Translations under genes and position numbers: made by a program
Source of the DNA: an archaeon
Lineage (GTDB): Archaea; Asgardarchaeota; Heimdallarchaeia; Heimdallarchaeales; Kariarchaeaceae
Assembly (NCBI GenBank): GCA_024280435.1
Contig: JAJRQD010000109.1
Location: forward strand, 1,879-65,878
Direction: 5' to 3'
DNA: 64,000 bases
In this document: piece after piece, positions 30,304-40,277 of the stretch
Layout: the number at the start of each line of letters is the position of its first letter
How positions within the stretch are numbered: position 1 is the first letter of the stretch
The notes under the pieces: generated by a model
Databases searched by the model: none
Told to the model about the DNA's origin: nothing
What the model saw: only the letters and a program-made list of their open reading frames with translations

Positions 30304-30870
30304 TTAAAGCATATTATTTAGCATCATTTCTGTAATGCTTTTAAAAGCCGATTCAATATTTGAACAAGTTTTAGCACTTGTTTCAACATATTCTATATCA
30401 AAATGAGGAAAGTTTTTACCCCACTCCCTAAGTACATTAATATAATTCTCAATTTCTTCTTGCAAAATTTCTCTTGAACCATTATTTTCACATAGATCAA
30501 TTTTATTACCCACAATTAATAAGGGAACCATAAAATTATCTGTATTTTTCATATATTCTTCAATCCAATTTGGTATATTCTCAAAACTTGATTTACTAGT
30601 TAAATCATAAACTAGGATTAAACCAGAAGAATTCATATAATATTTATCCCTAACAATTGAAAACCTTTCTTGACCTGCTAGATCCCAAATTTGAAGAACT
30701 ACATTTTTATTGTCAACTTCAATAGCTTTTACAGCAAAGTCAGCACCTAAAGTAACTAGATATTCTTTATCAAAGTTTTGACCAAGATACCTCCTACGTA
30801 TTGATGATTTGCCAACATTTGCATCTCCCATTATTATTAATTTGAATATTGTTTTACTAGTGAAGTTCAC
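30304..30870 (-). CDS. Ras/Rab-like small GTPase
   Basis: The G motifs are G1 GDANVGKS, G2 TLGADF, G3 WDLAGQE, G4 GNKID and G5 ETSAK. There is no C-terminal prenylation Cys. Confidence 0.9.
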   Translation of the reverse strand: MNFTSKTIFKLIIMGDANVGKSSIRRRYLGQNFDKEYLVTLGADFAVKAIEVDNKNVVLQIWDLAGQERFSIVRDKYYMNSSGLILVYDLTSKSSFENIPNWIEEYMKNTDNFMVPLLIVGNKIDLCENNGSREILQEEIENYINVLREWGKNFPHFDIEYVETSAKTCSNIESAFKSITEMMLNNML

Positions 30871-31893
30871 ACTTTACTTATACAGAATTTTTCTTTAAAA
30901 CTTTTTATTATTTTAGGTTATTTTGATAAAAAAAAAGAAAACTGTAATTATTTTGACAAAAAAATTGTTTTATAAACAAATTAAATTTACCAAAGCATAA
31001 ATCAGATAATTATCACTAAAAGTATTATATTGAGTAAAATATTATCTTAAATTCATAAAGATAAAATATCCATAGAAATGAAGAATTGATTTTTCTTGTA
31101 ATTTAAAAATAATATCTGATATTATTTTTAATAGATCTCAATCTCCACGAATTTCATTTAATCCAGATGTAATATCACAGTATATTCCTGTGACCTTCTA
31201 ATTATTTGCTTATCTCTACAAACTATCTCATCAGATCATCTATAATTACCTTTGGTTCTATAATCCAAAATAATGTACTCATCCCTCTCCCATTGTCTTA
31301 GAGTGAATTTCGATACACATGCTAATTTTCATACTTGAACTATACTGATATCCAGATTTACATACCCAACTTTTGATATTATTTTGATTAATACCATCCC
31401 AATATCAGTGAAATGTACTTTTGAGTGGAATATTGGATAAATATCCATTTTTAATCGAAAAAACACATAATCTTAGTTTAGGAGGAAGCTCCTCCCAAAC
31501 AATGTTGTGAATCTTAGCAAATATACAGATCGCCACAATTAACCACCGCATACCTGTTTTAAGTCCTGAAAACTTGCGTTTAAGGATTTTTTTTTAATTT
31601 TGTTAATGAATTTATTGAGAACTAGAGGCTCTATTATTAGTGACATTAGTAATTATTAGTCATAGACTCTCTATCTATTAATATTTTGGGGACTATATGC
31701 AATAAGCAGTGAGTTTCTAAAATTTACAAATTTATGAACTGAAACGCTCATAATGCTTTAAGATAATTTTGGGAAATGCTTTATTTAATCTAAGTATATG
31801 ATTTAACATAATCTTAAATAAACTCATATTATTACACAAAATAATAGAAATTTTAGATATTGTTATTATATTTTAAAGATAAATAAAATAATT

Positions 31894-32457
31894 ATGAAAA
31901 ATATTATTCTAAAGCTAGTATTAATAGGAGATGGAAGAGTTGGAAAAACATCGATTCGTAAAAATTATATGGGTTATGGGTTCACAAAAAGTCATTTATC
32001 AACATTAGGTGCTGATTTTTCAGAAATATCAAATAAATTTAAATTTGGAAATGATGAAATTAAAGCTAAATTACAAATTTGGGATGTTGCAGGTCAAAAC
32101 AACTTTCAAAAAATAAGATTAAGATTTTTAACTAGAGCATCTGCAATCATATTAGTATATGATATAACAAATATGTCATCTTTTCAGAATTTACCAAATT
32201 GGCTAAAAGAAGTTTGGTCTGTGAATAAATCAAAAGATTTGCCCATATTGATACTAGGTAATAAAATTGATCTAGAAGAAGATAGGGAAGTTCCTTATAC
32301 TTTAGTTGAAAAATTTAAAAATGATCTAATTGATAAATTAAAAGAGAAAGTTGAGATAATTCATATTGAAACAAGTGCACTAACAGGTCAAAATATAAAA
32401 CAAGGTTTTGAAACAATCACTTTATCATTCTACAAGAATTTGTTAAAAACGCAATAA
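31894..32457 (+). CDS. Ras/Rab-like small GTPase
   Basis: The G motifs are G1 GDGRVGKT, G2 TLGADF, G3 WDVAGQ, G4 GNKID and G5 ETSAL. Confidence 0.9.
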   Translation: MKNIILKLVLIGDGRVGKTSIRKNYMGYGFTKSHLSTLGADFSEISNKFKFGNDEIKAKLQIWDVAGQNNFQKIRLRFLTRASAIILVYDITNMSSFQNLPNWLKEVWSVNKSKDLPILILGNKIDLEEDREVPYTLVEKFKNDLIDKLKEKVEIIHIETSALTGQNIKQGFETITLSFYKNLLKTQ

Positions 32458-32653
32458 AATTTGAAACTAGTTGATTATCAAAAAATATATTTGTTTCAAG
32501 TAGGTTAAATGTGTTCCAAATTAGTGTATTAATAATATCAAAGATGAATTAAGTGTATTTTAGGTGCAAAATTATTGTAGTAGACAAATATCAGCTAAAG
32601 TTTTAAGTCACGTTTAACAATATAATTTAATTTGTAGAAATTTTAATTAATTC

Positions 32654-35170
32654 TTACACATTTATACTTGGCTTATTATTAACGATAGGAATAAAAATGC
32701 TAAAAGTTGTACCAACGTGTTTTATACTATTAACAGAAATATTACCATTCCAATCTCTAATAATTCCATATACTGTTGATAATCCTAAACCTGTACCCTT
32801 TCCTGGTTCTTTAGTTGTAAAAAATGGTTCAAAAAGGAGAGGTAATTCATTTTCTTGAATTCCTATTCCGTGATCTTTTATCTGTAAAAGTAAATAATGA
32901 TTTTTGTTTTTCATTTCTGGAAAAACAAATTTACCAAATTCATTTTTAATTAATTCACTTCCTAAGTTTGAAACATTGAAATCATCATCAATTAGTACCT
33001 TTCGCACCTTTAGATCTATAATTCCACCTTGAGGCATAGAATCTTTTGCATTTAATACTAAATTCAAAATAACTTGTTCAAATTGTACAGGATCTCCATT
33101 TACAAATATATTTTCTTGAGATTGGTTTAATTCTAATACATACCTTTTACCTAGAAGTCTTCGAAGCATTGTACAAGTTTCATTAATAACTTCAAACACA
33201 TGAAATACCTTTGAATTTGTATCTCTTTTCTTACTGAAGTCCAGTAATTGTTTTGTAATTGAATTAGCTAACTTTACATTATTTTTTATTTCAATAACTT
33301 CTGCTTTAAGAGGACTATTTTTTGGTAGCTCATTTAACATATAATCTGCACACAGTGATATACCAGTTAAAATATTTTTATAATCATGTGAGATACCTCC
33401 AGCTAATCTACCAATAGCTTCCATTTTTTGAGATTGACGAAGTTGTTCTTCTATCATTTTTTCATTAGTAATGTCTTTTTGAACGGATAAATAGTTTACT
33501 ATTTTTCCTGATGAATCTACTATTGCAGATATTGAATTTGAAATCCAAAAATACTCACCATTTTTCTTTTTATTTTTCAATATACCTCTCCATTCTTTCT
33601 TATTTTTTATTTTACTGTATAAATCTTTATAGATTAATGAATTTGTAATTTCTGTGTTTAGAATATTTATATTCTTTCCCACAATTTCCCCATGAGAGTA
33701 ACCAGTTATCTCACAAAATTTAGGATTTACATACTCAACAATACCATTTATATCTGTAATAATTACAATACTTGGACTTTGTTCAACAGCTTTTATCAAT
33801 TTAGATAACTCTATTTTCTGTTTAGCTAACTTTTTCTGAATTTTTTGAATTTCAGTTTGGTTTCTTAAGGTTTTAATTCCAAAAGATAATGTTGAGGCAA
33901 AATTTTTTAGAAAATTAATTTCTTGTGTATCAAATACATTTTCTGCTGTTGTATACACTGAAAGTACACCAATTGTTAAGTCATTTATTTTTAATGGTAA
34001 CAATATTGATGAGTAATTAATTGGTATTTTTCCAATATTTTTATTTTTTTCAATTAGCTTATCAAGATAAATATCTCTTTGAATTATCATTTCTCCTTTT
34101 TTTAATACTGTTTCAATAATATCAATATTATATCGATATAATACATTTTTAAAATTCATTAGAGATTGAGCTGTAGTATCATTTTTAATTGCCTCAATTG
34201 TAAAGTTATCCCCATTACAATTATTCGAATAACCAATCCATGCAATTTGATAACCTCCTGTACTTGTAAGTATATTACATATTTTTGGTAAAATTATTTT
34301 TTCATCTGTCTCATAAAATAAAATGTCCATAGAACCTATTATACAATTTAAAATTCGATTCATTCTTTGAATCGATGTAGATTGTAACAAGATTTTTCGT
34401 TCTATACTTTTTCTTATTCTAATGTCTTGAATTATAGCTGTAAATAAAATCTTTTTATCAATAATTATTTCAGAAACTGAAATTGATATATCAATTAGTT
34501 GATTATTTTTCTTCAATCCTTTTACTTCAATTATTTTCCCTTTAAAAGGTCCCATGTTTGATTGTTTATAATTAAAAAGAGAGAGTTTATGTTGATCATG
34601 ATAGTTATCAGGTATTAAAACTAATATATTTTTTCCTAACAACTCATCTTTTGTATATCCAAATAATTCCAATGCTGATTTATTAATATCTTTAATAATA
34701 CCTTGTTTATTTATTGTGATTACACCATCGATTAGAGATGACAAAATTGTTTTATATTTTTCCTCACTTTCTAAAAGTTGCTTTCTTGTAATTGTTAATT
34801 GTTTTGATTTATCTATATTATTAATAATTCTTTTAATTGTTAATGGTAATTTTTTAATGTGTTTTGATGACTTTAAAATATAGTCTTCCAAACCAGATTT
34901 CATAGCTTCAACAGCTATTTCCTCACTTCCTGTTGCAGTATACATAATAACAGGACAATTTGGATGTTTTTGTTTTATTTCTTTTAAAATATAGATACCA
35001 TCACTCCATTGTAATTGATAATCAGTTATTACAATATCAAAATTATAATTATTATTATATTTATGAAATAACTCTATATTATTTATTTCAATAATATTTA
35101 GATTAGATAAATTCCTATCAAGTTCACGTTTAATTAAGAAGCGATCATCAGGATTATCATCTATAACCAA
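32654..35170 (-). CDS. Hybrid sensor histidine kinase (REC-PAS-GAF-PAS/PAC-HisKA-HATPase_c)
   Basis: It has an N-terminal REC (VIDDNPDD, ITDYQLQ, YTATG, ILKS) and two PAS cores (DGVITINKQGII.., SIVIITDINGIVEYVN..). It also has the H-box GGISHDYKNIL and the N, G1 and G2 boxes (LNLVLNAKD, DHGIGI, GTGLGLS). Confidence 0.9.
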   Translation of the reverse strand: MVIDDNPDDRFLIKRELDRNLSNLNIIEINNIELFHKYNNNYNFDIVITDYQLQWSDGIYILKEIKQKHPNCPVIMYTATGSEEIAVEAMKSGLEDYILKSSKHIKKLPLTIKRIINNIDKSKQLTITRKQLLESEEKYKTILSSLIDGVITINKQGIIKDINKSALELFGYTKDELLGKNILVLIPDNYHDQHKLSLFNYKQSNMGPFKGKIIEVKGLKKNNQLIDISISVSEIIIDKKILFTAIIQDIRIRKSIERKILLQSTSIQRMNRILNCIIGSMDILFYETDEKIILPKICNILTSTGGYQIAWIGYSNNCNGDNFTIEAIKNDTTAQSLMNFKNVLYRYNIDIIETVLKKGEMIIQRDIYLDKLIEKNKNIGKIPINYSSILLPLKINDLTIGVLSVYTTAENVFDTQEINFLKNFASTLSFGIKTLRNQTEIQKIQKKLAKQKIELSKLIKAVEQSPSIVIITDINGIVEYVNPKFCEITGYSHGEIVGKNINILNTEITNSLIYKDLYSKIKNKKEWRGILKNKKKNGEYFWISNSISAIVDSSGKIVNYLSVQKDITNEKMIEEQLRQSQKMEAIGRLAGGISHDYKNILTGISLCADYMLNELPKNSPLKAEVIEIKNNVKLANSITKQLLDFSKKRDTNSKVFHVFEVINETCTMLRRLLGKRYVLELNQSQENIFVNGDPVQFEQVILNLVLNAKDSMPQGGIIDLKVRKVLIDDDFNVSNLGSELIKNEFGKFVFPEMKNKNHYLLLQIKDHGIGIQENELPLLFEPFFTTKEPGKGTGLGLSTVYGIIRDWNGNISVNSIKHVGTTFSIFIPIVNNKPSINV

Positions 35171-35377
35171 TATTTGTGTAATCTCATCTGAAATGTATCA
35201 AACCTCCATATTATTATTTTATGGTTCGTATATAACTATAACCATAATTTTATATTTAACTTTATACTAATTTACTTTAATAAAATATGTATAAATCAAT
35301 AGATAAATCCTCGATATTTATATATTTTTGATGAAAAAATAATATTTCACCATAATTATTTCATGACACTAATTTTA

Positions 35378-36367
35378 TCAATTTGGAACCATGCATTTTG
35401 ATAATTCAATCCAAAAAATAGAATATTCAGATGGAACAGATTCCACACCAAACCTTCCATTCATTCTTTCAATTCCTTTTTTAACTATTGAAAGACCTAT
35501 CCCTGTGCCCGGATATTGCTCTTCACTGTGTAGTCTTTCAAACACGTTAAATATTTTTTCAAAGTTTTTTTCCTCTATACCTATACCATTATCCTGTATA
35601 TTGAGTCTAACAAAATTGGGTTTATCTTCACTCCAGATATTTATTTTAGGTCTGTCTTTATTAGCACTGAATTTGATTGCATTTCCTATGAGATTAGCAA
35701 TTATTTTATCTAATAATGTGTTACTTCCATAAACACATCTAACTGGTAATTCTAATTTAATAGAAACATTATTTTTTATTATACTTTCTATATTCTCTCT
35801 TATTGCATCTCTGATTAATATTTTCAAATCTAAATTTATAAATCTTAATTCTTTATAACCAATTTTATTGTATAAAAGAAGATCTTGTATCAATTTATCC
35901 ATTTTTATAACTGAGTAATTAATACGGTAAAGCATTTGTTTTCCATAAATATCTAAAACATCAGAATAATCTTCATTAATAGCGTTTGCATAGCCTTGAA
36001 TTGATCTTAATGGTGCTTTTAAATCATGAGTAACTGAAAAAACAAATTCAATGAAATCTTGATCTTTCATTTCTAATTCATTATTTTGTATTTTAATTCT
36101 ATTATCTATTTTAACAGCATCTAAGTTTAATCTATCAATTTTATTTATTAATCCTAATTTTGTATAGTATTCCTTTACAAGAATGATAATCGATAGAATA
36201 CTAAAAGTAAATGAAAATAATGATAGGTTATTAACAATTTCATTAAATGTTTGATAACTAAAAAATAACATACGGATAAAACCGATCAGAGCAACAAGTA
36301 AAACAATATTAAAAATCACAATTTTATCTATTTTAGTTAGAATAAATCTCATACAAATTAATTTCAA
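35378..36367 (-). CDS. Membrane-bound histidine kinase
   Basis: It has two N-terminal TM helices, the H-box FSVTHDLKAPL, and LIGNAIKF, DNGIGI and GTGIGLS. Confidence 0.9.
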   Translation of the reverse strand: MKLICMRFILTKIDKIVIFNIVLLVALIGFIRMLFFSYQTFNEIVNNLSLFSFTFSILSIIILVKEYYTKLGLINKIDRLNLDAVKIDNRIKIQNNELEMKDQDFIEFVFSVTHDLKAPLRSIQGYANAINEDYSDVLDIYGKQMLYRINYSVIKMDKLIQDLLLYNKIGYKELRFINLDLKILIRDAIRENIESIIKNNVSIKLELPVRCVYGSNTLLDKIIANLIGNAIKFSANKDRPKINIWSEDKPNFVRLNIQDNGIGIEEKNFEKIFNVFERLHSEEQYPGTGIGLSIVKKGIERMNGRFGVESVPSEYSIFWIELSKCMVPN

Positions 36368-36418
36368 TATTAATAATAATAGTTTTTGACTTTTGTTTAA
36401 TAATTTATCATTTTTTAT

Positions 36419-38182
36419 TTACTTTCTTATTTTCATTTTCAGATCAGATACCTGAAATGAGAAATACTTGTTGAATAATAATGAATATTCACCATTTTTC
36501 ACTATTAATTCATCATGTGTACCTTCTTCTGATAGTTTACCATCTGATAGTACAATAATTTTGTCACTGTGCAGTATTGTGGTGAGTCTATGTGCAATAA
36601 CAATTGAAGTTCTATTTTCAATAAGATTAGATATTCCCTCCTGTATTTTTGCCTCTGTATAAAGATCAAGAGAAGCAGTAAATTCATCTAGTATCAGTAT
36701 TTTTGGATCTGCAAGTAATGCACGGGCAAGAGAGATCATCTGTCTCTGGCCCTGGCTGAGATTTGCTCCCTCTTCATTCAGTACTGTGTGGATACCATCT
36801 GGTAATGTATTCAAAAACTCAGTTGCCTGTACCGCATCCAATGCTTTGTGTACATCATCAATACTTGCATCTGGTTTTGCCATCAATAGATTATCTAGTA
36901 TAGTACCTGTGAACAGAAATATATCCTGGGCAACATATGCGATATTTTTTCTGAGAGAATTTAGATTATATTCATCAATATTATTATTATCAATTAATAT
37001 TTCACCTGTATACCCTCCATAGAATTTCATCAACAAAGAGACTATTGTTGATTTACCAGCTCCAGTAGCTCCAATTAGTGCCACAGTATTTCCAGCTTCA
37101 ATTACAAATGATAGATCTGATAAGACTGATTCACCACTGATATATTCAAAATTAAGATTTTTGAATTCAATCCTACCCGAAATATCATCTGCTATCAATC
37201 CATCATGTTTAATTACCTCCTGCGTATCATCATCAGCCATGATTGATAATAATCTCTCAAGTGCTGCAAATGATGTTTGAAACTGATTATAAGCACGTGC
37301 TATCTGGCTAATTGGACTGTACAGATAACTTTGCAGTAGAATAAACAGATATAACAATGTTATGCTGATATTATCAATAGTTGTGGCCACATATATCAGT
37401 ATAATTATCCCGAGGTGCTTCAGGAAATCCTGAATTGGCCCAACTGCAAATACTGCAAGTGCGCGGGTCTTTGAAGCATTGTATGTCTCTTCATTAAGAT
37501 ATTTGAATTTGTTGAAATTCTCTGCTTCTCTACCAAATGTCTTTGAAACACTCAATGAAGACATTGTCTCTCCAAAATTAGCATTGACAATTGCAATCTT
37601 GGATCTCCATCTCATTGATATTCTTCGTTGTAATTTTCTCATCATTATAACTGCAATAAATAATACTGGAACAAGCACTGTTGATGCAAATGTGAGTTTG
37701 ATATCTATTACCATCATAGTTATGAATACACCCACAAATACAAAGAACTGAGCGAAGGTATTGGATAGTCTCTCTGCAGAGCTGGCTAATTCATTGGAAT
37801 CATTAACAATTCTTGACACAAGTTTTCCAGATATTGCATTATCAAAGAATGTGATATTATTATTCAATACCTTCTCAAAAGCATCTACTCGTAATTTGTG
37901 GATGAATCTAGAATTTACAATTGCAATAATCATAGATTGTGACATCTGTGCAAAGAACATGAGGATCAACATAAAGCCATAGAGCGAGCTGTAAAACAAT
38001 ATATTATCTATTGGTCCATTGATTTTTAATAGATCCAGTGCAACTTTCAGAAGTAGTGGTCCTGCAACAGATACCACCACATTAGCAATTATCACTATTG
38101 ATAGAAAGAATAGCATCAGTTTCTCATCTCTTAGCCAGATCCATAGCTGTCCCCATAGATTTTTCTCGCTTATATCAGTCAT
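36419..38182 (-). CDS. ABC exporter half-transporter (TMD-NBD); consensus Walker B, non-canonical signature
   Basis: It has Walker A GATGAGKST, signature LSQGQRQ and Walker B ILILDE. Its start overlaps the upstream stop (ATGA). Confidence 0.9.
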   Translation of the reverse strand: MTDISEKNLWGQLWIWLRDEKLMLFFLSIVIIANVVVSVAGPLLLKVALDLLKINGPIDNILFYSSLYGFMLILMFFAQMSQSMIIAIVNSRFIHKLRVDAFEKVLNNNITFFDNAISGKLVSRIVNDSNELASSAERLSNTFAQFFVFVGVFITMMVIDIKLTFASTVLVPVLFIAVIMMRKLQRRISMRWRSKIAIVNANFGETMSSLSVSKTFGREAENFNKFKYLNEETYNASKTRALAVFAVGPIQDFLKHLGIIILIYVATTIDNISITLLYLFILLQSYLYSPISQIARAYNQFQTSFAALERLLSIMADDDTQEVIKHDGLIADDISGRIEFKNLNFEYISGESVLSDLSFVIEAGNTVALIGATGAGKSTIVSLLMKFYGGYTGEILIDNNNIDEYNLNSLRKNIAYVAQDIFLFTGTILDNLLMAKPDASIDDVHKALDAVQATEFLNTLPDGIHTVLNEEGANLSQGQRQMISLARALLADPKILILDEFTASLDLYTEAKIQEGISNLIENRTSIVIAHRLTTILHSDKIIVLSDGKLSEEGTHDELIVKNGEYSLLFNKYFSFQVSDLKMKIRK

Positions 38183-39921
38183 TTACTCACCTCCAACTCA
38201 GGTAATTCATAGGTATGTTCAAATAATTTTCTATATTCAAGAGATGTACGTAGTATCTCATGATGAGGCCCATTAGCAACGATACTATTGTTATCAAAAA
38301 CAATAACTTTATCGGAATCTGAAATTATTGATAATCTATGAGTTATAATCACTGAGGTTCGGGTTTTCAGTACTGTTTTGATTGCACTCTGTATCTGATA
38401 CTCAGTCTCGGCATCAAGAGCAGAACTTGCATCATCCATTATCAGTACTGATGGATCAATGATCAGAGCACGTGCAATAGCTATTCTCTGCTTCTGACCA
38501 CCAGACAGTGTAATTCCTCTCTCTCCAACCAGTGTATCATATCCTTCATTGAATGATTGTATGAATTTATCAGCCTTGGCCATCTTTGCAGCATCAATAA
38601 TCTCATCCATAGTTGCATCAGGTCTACCAAATGCAATATTACCACTTACTGTATCTGAGAAAAGAAATATCTCCTGTTCAATACTAGATATCTGTGATCT
38701 CAGAGTATTACTGTCATACTCACCTATTTTTGTTCCATTTATCAGTATCTCTCCCTGCTGTGGATCATACAATCGCAGTAATAGTTTGATAAAAGTTGAT
38801 TTACCAGATCCTGGTCCACCGACAATTGCAATAGTCTCACCTTTTTTAATCTCAAGATTGATATCTTTCAATGCCCATTCTCTATCATCACTATATCTGA
38901 AAAAAACATTTTTGAATTCAATACTTTCCTCTATTCCAGTAAATTCTTTATTTCCAAATTTAAGATGAGGTATATCATCCTCCATCATTTCCTGTAATCT
39001 CTGTGCAGCTGCAATCATTCTGACAGTCATATTGACAATTCTTTTGATTCTGCGGCTCATAAACTGTATCAAGGTGATTAGACCTATGAACACTACAAAT
39101 TCACCCAGTGAGAGGTCATTGATTGAGATCAAATAAACTCCATAGACCACTGTCAAAGCAAGTACAATATTTATCAATAAAGATGGTGGATAGAAAGCCG
39201 ATAGCATACCAAATTTTCTCACATGGCCTGCATGTTTCTCTGAAATCTGGGAGAATTTATCCACACCTATTTTCTCAGCATTATAACTTTTTAATTCATT
39301 TATACCTCTGAATAATTCATGTGAATTCACACTTAACTCACCAAATACCTCACGAAGTGCAATACTCTCAGGCCCAAGTTTTTTTCCATAGTAATATACA
39401 AGTATCACATAGATTGGGAATGATACAAATAGTAAAATTGATAATTTCCAATTTATATAAATAAATACTGCAAGTGAGGTGACAAGCAGAGTAGCAATCT
39501 GTATTAAAATTCTTATTGCAGGAGAAAGACCGATATTAATTGCACGTGTATCTCCAGTTGCCCGTGCCATCAAATCACCTATTTTTATACCATCATGATA
39601 ATGTAATGGTCTAAACTGTAATGCTTGGTATAAGTCTGCGGTCATATCTGTGGTCACTCTATGGGCATGTAATTCATTGATTACTGCAACTATATAGAAT
39701 ACAATTGCCTGTACTGTGACCAGAATTAAAAGATAGATTATCCAATCAATTATCTCAGAGATGGCTGCGTTTGTGACAAACAAATCAATTATTTTTCCAA
39801 TTATCAAATTAGGACTTGAAAATAGTATAATCTCAATTACAGATCCTACAACAGTGATGAAAAATAAAATTGGGTACCTATTCAGATAACTAACTATCCA
39901 TTTAATTTCCTTGTTTTTCAC
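38179..39921 (-). CDS. ABC exporter half-transporter (TMD-NBD); Walker B Glu replaced by Asp
   Basis: It has Walker A GGPGSGKST, signature LSGGQKQ and Walker B VLIMDD (Asp in the catalytic Glu position). Confidence 0.9.
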   Translation of the reverse strand: MKNKEIKWIVSYLNRYPILFFITVVGSVIEIILFSSPNLIIGKIIDLFVTNAAISEIIDWIIYLLILVTVQAIVFYIVAVINELHAHRVTTDMTADLYQALQFRPLHYHDGIKIGDLMARATGDTRAINIGLSPAIRILIQIATLLVTSLAVFIYINWKLSILLFVSFPIYVILVYYYGKKLGPESIALREVFGELSVNSHELFRGINELKSYNAEKIGVDKFSQISEKHAGHVRKFGMLSAFYPPSLLINIVLALTVVYGVYLISINDLSLGEFVVFIGLITLIQFMSRRIKRIVNMTVRMIAAAQRLQEMMEDDIPHLKFGNKEFTGIEESIEFKNVFFRYSDDREWALKDINLEIKKGETIAIVGGPGSGKSTFIKLLLRLYDPQQGEILINGTKIGEYDSNTLRSQISSIEQEIFLFSDTVSGNIAFGRPDATMDEIIDAAKMAKADKFIQSFNEGYDTLVGERGITLSGGQKQRIAIARALIIDPSVLIMDDASSALDAETEYQIQSAIKTVLKTRTSVIITHRLSIISDSDKVIVFDNNSIVANGPHHEILRTSLEYRKLFEHTYELPELEVSK

Positions 39922-40078
39922 AATGTCATTTTATTTATTCTTTTTTTAATTACTTGTAAATGAGCAATAATGAATGGAGCTAGTGTAATATATTTCTACT
40001 ATCGAATTACAGGCAGTCTCTATGCTAGAAACAGTAGTAATTATCTAGCCCCCGGGATAAATAATAATTATAGTAAAG

Positions 40079-40270
40079 TTATGTTATTGTTATCTCCTGA
40101 TCATACACAAATTCAATCTCAAAATAGTCCCCATTGTATTTGGGGATTATTCTGACCAGAAAAATTGATAAAACACTAGCATTATCAGTTACATGGATTT
40201 TAGGATTAATATTAATTCCAATTGTAAGATTTAAAAACTGAACAAAGATAATCGAAAGTAATTTTTTCAT
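40079..40270 (-). CDS. Possible small secreted protein
   Basis: The 63-aa ORF has a signal-like N-terminus (MKKLLSIIFVQFLNLTIG). Support is weak. Confidence 0.25.
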   Translation of the reverse strand: MKKLLSIIFVQFLNLTIGININPKIHVTDNASVLSIFLVRIIPKYNGDYFEIEFVYDQEITIT

Positions 40271-40277
40271 CTAAAGT

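Noticed and set aside
30871-31893. 1-kb ORF-free gap between the divergent GTPase genes, with a minus-strand fragment (..KRKFSGLKTGMRWLIVAICIFAKIHNIVWEELPPKLR..) that looks vaguely like an IS4/IS5 transposase C-terminus
   Set aside because: There is only one short fragment with loose resemblance. I saw no DDE motifs and no terminal inverted repeats, so I cannot support a mobile-element call. The hairpin ggaggaAGCtcctcc at about 31483 is too short to interpret.
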